A DNA stretch of 64,000 bases from Amphiscolops sp. MND2022. Lineage: Eukaryota. Shown in pieces: positions 59,884-64,000 of the stretch. Each line of letters starts with the position of its first letter. Positions within the stretch are counted from its first letter, which is position 1. Location: the NCBI GenBank assembly GCA_964187785.1, contig OZ076409.1, forward strand, positions 98,768,001-98,832,000, given 5' to 3'. Position numbers and translations under genes: made by a program. A model generated the notes under the pieces. It did not search any database, had not been told where the DNA came from, and saw only the letters and a program-made list of their open reading frames with translations.

Positions 59884-62800
59884 GGAGACTACAATCTTCC
59901 AGCTTGAACCTGAAATTGTCTTTCATTTGTACCGGATTTTGAAATCTCAAAATTCTTGTCGAGGCATCAACAGATTGACCGGAATTTTGAGCGAAACTAC
60001 TTTGCGCGGGATTTTATGAATCAATTATTAAACATTAAATTTAATCCGATGTCAAATTTTGATTCTTCTTCCGAGATGAAGTTTATGGGTCAAATTGACA
60101 CTTTCATTAGTGCCATAACGTCTTAATTGTTTGGGTAGTATGCAAATTAGTATTATGGAAATAATCATTTATGAAATTTTAATTTTTTTAAATCAGCGCT
60201 TCATGAAACAAAAACGCGACTATTATAGTGACTCGTAAGTTTTTTTCCAATCCGGCCGAAGTGACCATAAAAGTTCTGCAAAATTGATTGAAAGGGTCTA
60301 AGCCCATTCATATTTTCATCTGATTATTCGCATTGGTAGGAATTTCTATGTCCCAAAATGTTTCGTTGTTCAGTTTTTTTTCGGGTACTGTACGGCATTT
60401 TGAAGGAAATTTTTTATGTCACAAAATTGTTCGCGTTTTGTTTCTTTAATGTTTCTTCTGATAAATCAGGAAAACTTGCTCTGATTTTTTTGTTTTTCTG
60501 GCAAGAAAAAAAACCCTTTTGGAGTTTTTCTGTACAATTAGGCCGAAAACTATTTCAAAAAATATTCTTTGACATTTCGAAGTACTTTTGTTTTTTAAAC
60601 CATATGCCGTTCCAAGTTTGTTTTAGATAAGCTGTAATTAAAATCATTCTTTTTTTCGGATCAAAAATTTTAAATCTGACCGCTGTAAATTGACACAAAT
60701 TTCCTTGCAGATTCAAGCTGGGGTCAGCAAAGTACAGTCAATGTCCATTGACTAATGCCTGTTTTGTCTAAGTCAAAAATTTCACCCTGCGCGAAGAATG
60801 CACTAATGTTGAGATTTAATTTAATAAAATTTGATCCTAGCAGTTGAATGACATTTTCAATTTAACAAGGCCTCAAAGACTTTGTTCTGTGAATGCTAAT
60901 GTCATCTCTCGGAAGATAATTAATGCTTCACATGTTAAAAATGCTCCGGGAACAAATTACTCCAAATTACTCCATTAGTATCAAGGTTGCATGAATGTTT
61001 TAGGAGCAGCATGAATGCATGCGGGCTGAGGCTTGAAGGATAACAAAAAAGTAACCAAATATAGGTTTGGCTTGACAGAATGAAAAAATCATGCCAGGTT
61101 TGGGTAAAGATTTGTCGCAGTAGACTTTACCCCTCAATGTAGAATAATGATTGTTCTCCATTTCAGACCATGGAAATAGGTACCGCGTAGGTGTAGCAAC
61201 GACACGCCATTAACGACAAATTAGCGGAATTGCGAAGAGCGAGTAGCCACATAATGAAAAGATGTGGAATCTCTCCCATTTTTAAGCGGTGTTTTTCTTA
61301 AGAAAAGAGTCGCCTATAGTCATGGCTTTTCGTCAGTTTTCTTTAGATACACCTGAGGTAACCAAAATGGTTCCTCTTTCAATTTTTTCGGCATTGCGAG
61401 ACTCTTTTTCATAAAATTTTTTCATCAAAGGGTCACCCTTAAATTTTTGTCACGGTGATGATTAGCGATACAATGAATGAAAAGTCTCAAAGCGTTCCCC
61501 CTGGCGCGCCAATTCCGTCCAACTTTTGGGTTTTTTGGGTTCTGTAGAAGAGAATACTTTGAGAATCTGAAGTCCTTCTGCTATTTTTGAGCCTTAGATA
61601 TGGCGCTATGCAGCAATCTTTCAGACGGCCAATATTAGCCAAGGGTGTCGCATTCTCCACTAACGAACTCTCTAGAGCTGATTTGGGAAATGAAAGTCCA
61701 ACTGATGCAGTCGGAAGGCGCTTTTAAACAGGAGACTACAATCTTCCAGCTTGAACCTGAAATTGTCTTTCATTTGTACCGGATTTTGAAATCTCAAAAT
61801 GCTTGTCGAGGCATCAACAGATTGACCGGAATTTTGAGCGAAACTACTTTGCGCGGGATTTTATGAATCAATTATTAAACATTAAATTTAATCCGATGTC
61901 AAATTTTGATTCTTCTTCCGAGATGAAGTTTATGGGTCAAATTGACACTTTCATTAGTGCCATAACGTCTTAATTGTTTGGGTAGTATGCAAATTAGTAT
62001 TATGGAAATAATCATTTATGAAATTTTAATTTTTTTAAATCAGCGCTTCATGAAACAAAAACGCGACTATTATAGTGACTCGTAAGTTTTTTTCCAATCC
62101 GGCCGAAGTGACCATAAAAGTTCTGCAAAATTGATTGAAAGGGTCTAAGCCCATTCATATTTTCATCTGATTATTCGCATTGGTAGGAATTTCTATGTCC
62201 CAAAATGTTTCGTTGTTCAGTTTTTTTTCGGGTACTGTACGGCATTTTGAAGGAAATTTTTTATGTCACAAAATTGTTCGCGTTTTGTTTCTTTAATGTT
62301 TCTTCTGATAAATCAGGAAAACTTGCTCGGATTTTTTTGTTTTTCTGGCAAGAAAAAAAACCCTTTTGGAGTTTTTCTGTACAATTAGGCCGAAAACTAT
62401 TTCAAAAAATATTCTTTGACATTTCGAAGTACTTTTGTTTTTTAAACCATATGCCGTTCCAAGTTTGTTTTAGATAAGCTGTAATTAAAATCATTCTTTT
62501 TTTTCGGATCAAAAATTTTAAATCTGACCGCTGTAAATTGACACAAATTTCCTTGCAGATTCAAGCTGGGGTCAGCAAAGTACAGTCAATGTCCATTGAC
62601 TAATGCCTGTTTTGTCTAAGTCAAAAGTTTCACCCTGCGCGAAGAATGCACTAATGTTGAGATTTAATTTAATAAAATTTGATCCTAGCAGTTGAATGAC
62701 ATTTTCAATTTAACAAGGCCTCAAAGACTTTGTTCTGTGAATGCTAATGTCATCTCTCGGAAGATAATTAATGCTTCACATGTTAAAAATGCTCCGGGAA

Positions 62801-63578
62801 CAAATTACTCCAAATTACTCCATTAGTATCAAGGTTGCATGAATGTTTTAGGAGCAGCATGAATGCATGCGGGCTGAGGCTTGAAGGATAACAAAAAAGT
62901 AACCAAATATAGGTTTGGCTTGACAGAATGAAAAAATCATGCCAGGTTTGGGTAAAGATTTGTCGCAGTAGACTTTACCCCTCAATGTAGAATAATGATT
63001 GTTCTCCATTTCAGACCATGGAAATAGGTACCGCGTAGGTGTAGCAACGACACGCCATTAACGACAAATTAGCGGAATTGCGAAGAGCGAGTAGCCACAT
63101 AATGAAAAGATGTGGAATCTCTCCCATTTTTAAGCGGCGTTTTTCTTAAGAAAAGAGTCGCCTATAGTCATGGCTTTTCGTCAGTTTTCTTTAGATACAC
63201 CTGAGGTAACCAAAATGGTTCCTCTTTCAATTTTTTCGGCATTGCGAGACTCTTTTTCATAAAATTTTTTCATCAAAGGGTCACCCTTAAATTTTTGTCA
63301 CGGTGATGATTAGCGATACAATGAATGAAAAGTCTCAAAGCGTTCCCCCTGGCGCGCCAATTCCGTCCAACTTTTGGGTTTTTTGGGTTCTGTAGAAGAG
63401 AATACTTTGAGAATCTGAAGTCCTTCTGCTATTTTTGAGCCTTAGATATGGCGCTATGCAGCAATCTTTCAGACGGCCAATATTAGCCAAGGGTGTCGCA
63501 TTCTCCACTAACGAACACTCTAGAGCTGATTTGGGAAATGAAAGTCCAACTGATGCAGTCGGAAGGCGCTTTTAAACA
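59884..63578. repeat. Head-to-tail tandem duplication, unit ~1847 bp (59884-61730 and 61731-63578)
   Basis: About five substitutions and one 1-bp indel seen between the copies. Confidence 0.93.
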
Positions 63579-64000
63579 AACGGTGTCATTCAGCGTCCAA
63601 ACCTTCCCGGATTAGCTATCGCCCACTGTCCACCAATAGTAACAGTTTGTAACGATAAGCGCTAAGCGTTTGACCGAAACAAGAGGTGGAGGAACTAGAA
63701 CGGTGAATATAATCCGGGACTTAGATCTCCACGGCCCTAGCTCATTTTGCCTCCAAGGGATCCAGTCCCAGGGTGGGGGAACCGTCTTATGGGATACTCT
63801 CTGGCCTGGTCCCAGTCTTTAACTGCTAAAGATGACAGGCATCTTCCTTGGCATAAAGTCCACTGCTTGATTAGCCTTTAAAAATTGTGCCAGAAACGAA
63901 TGGGAGTTGAACCATAATATTTGGAAAATCTAGCAAATCGCCATTCTAGAGTAGTAATACAGATGTTTCAAACAGCTCTCGAGCATATCAATTTAAACAA

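Noticed and set aside
63579..63900. GC-richer stretch that might be coding
   Set aside because: Stops occur in the frames I read and no motif was recognised.

Overview
AT-rich, repeat-saturated animal (probably invertebrate) genomic DNA; no prokaryotic features. It holds three LTR retroelements. (1) A near-intact Ty3/Gypsy element at <1-5601 (+), gag-PR-RT-RH-IN, broken only by one missing A. (2) A decayed relative at 16529-23114 (-) with 207-bp LTRs. (3) A young non-autonomous element at 43385-51183 with ~1.92-kb LTRs, a GAAAA TSD and a tRNA-Asn-type PBS. Element 3 encodes a Gag with a canonical-looking -1 frameshift signal that leads into a 440-aa ORF with no Pol motifs. One clear host exon is not in the ORF track: a 155-bp minus-strand exon (27975-28129) encoding an r-opsin/melanopsin-like N-terminus plus TM1, so much of the window may be giant TE-filled intron. 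The rest consists of Helentron/DINE-1-like non-autonomous elements (about 12 copies), MITEs and foldbacks of several superfamilies (one triple nest, several with in-window empty sites), a tRNA-derived CORE-like SINE, a ~185-bp degenerate tandem array and a ~1.85-kb near-perfect tandem duplication. Coordinates were read by eye; family names rest on motif and structure recognition, not database searches.
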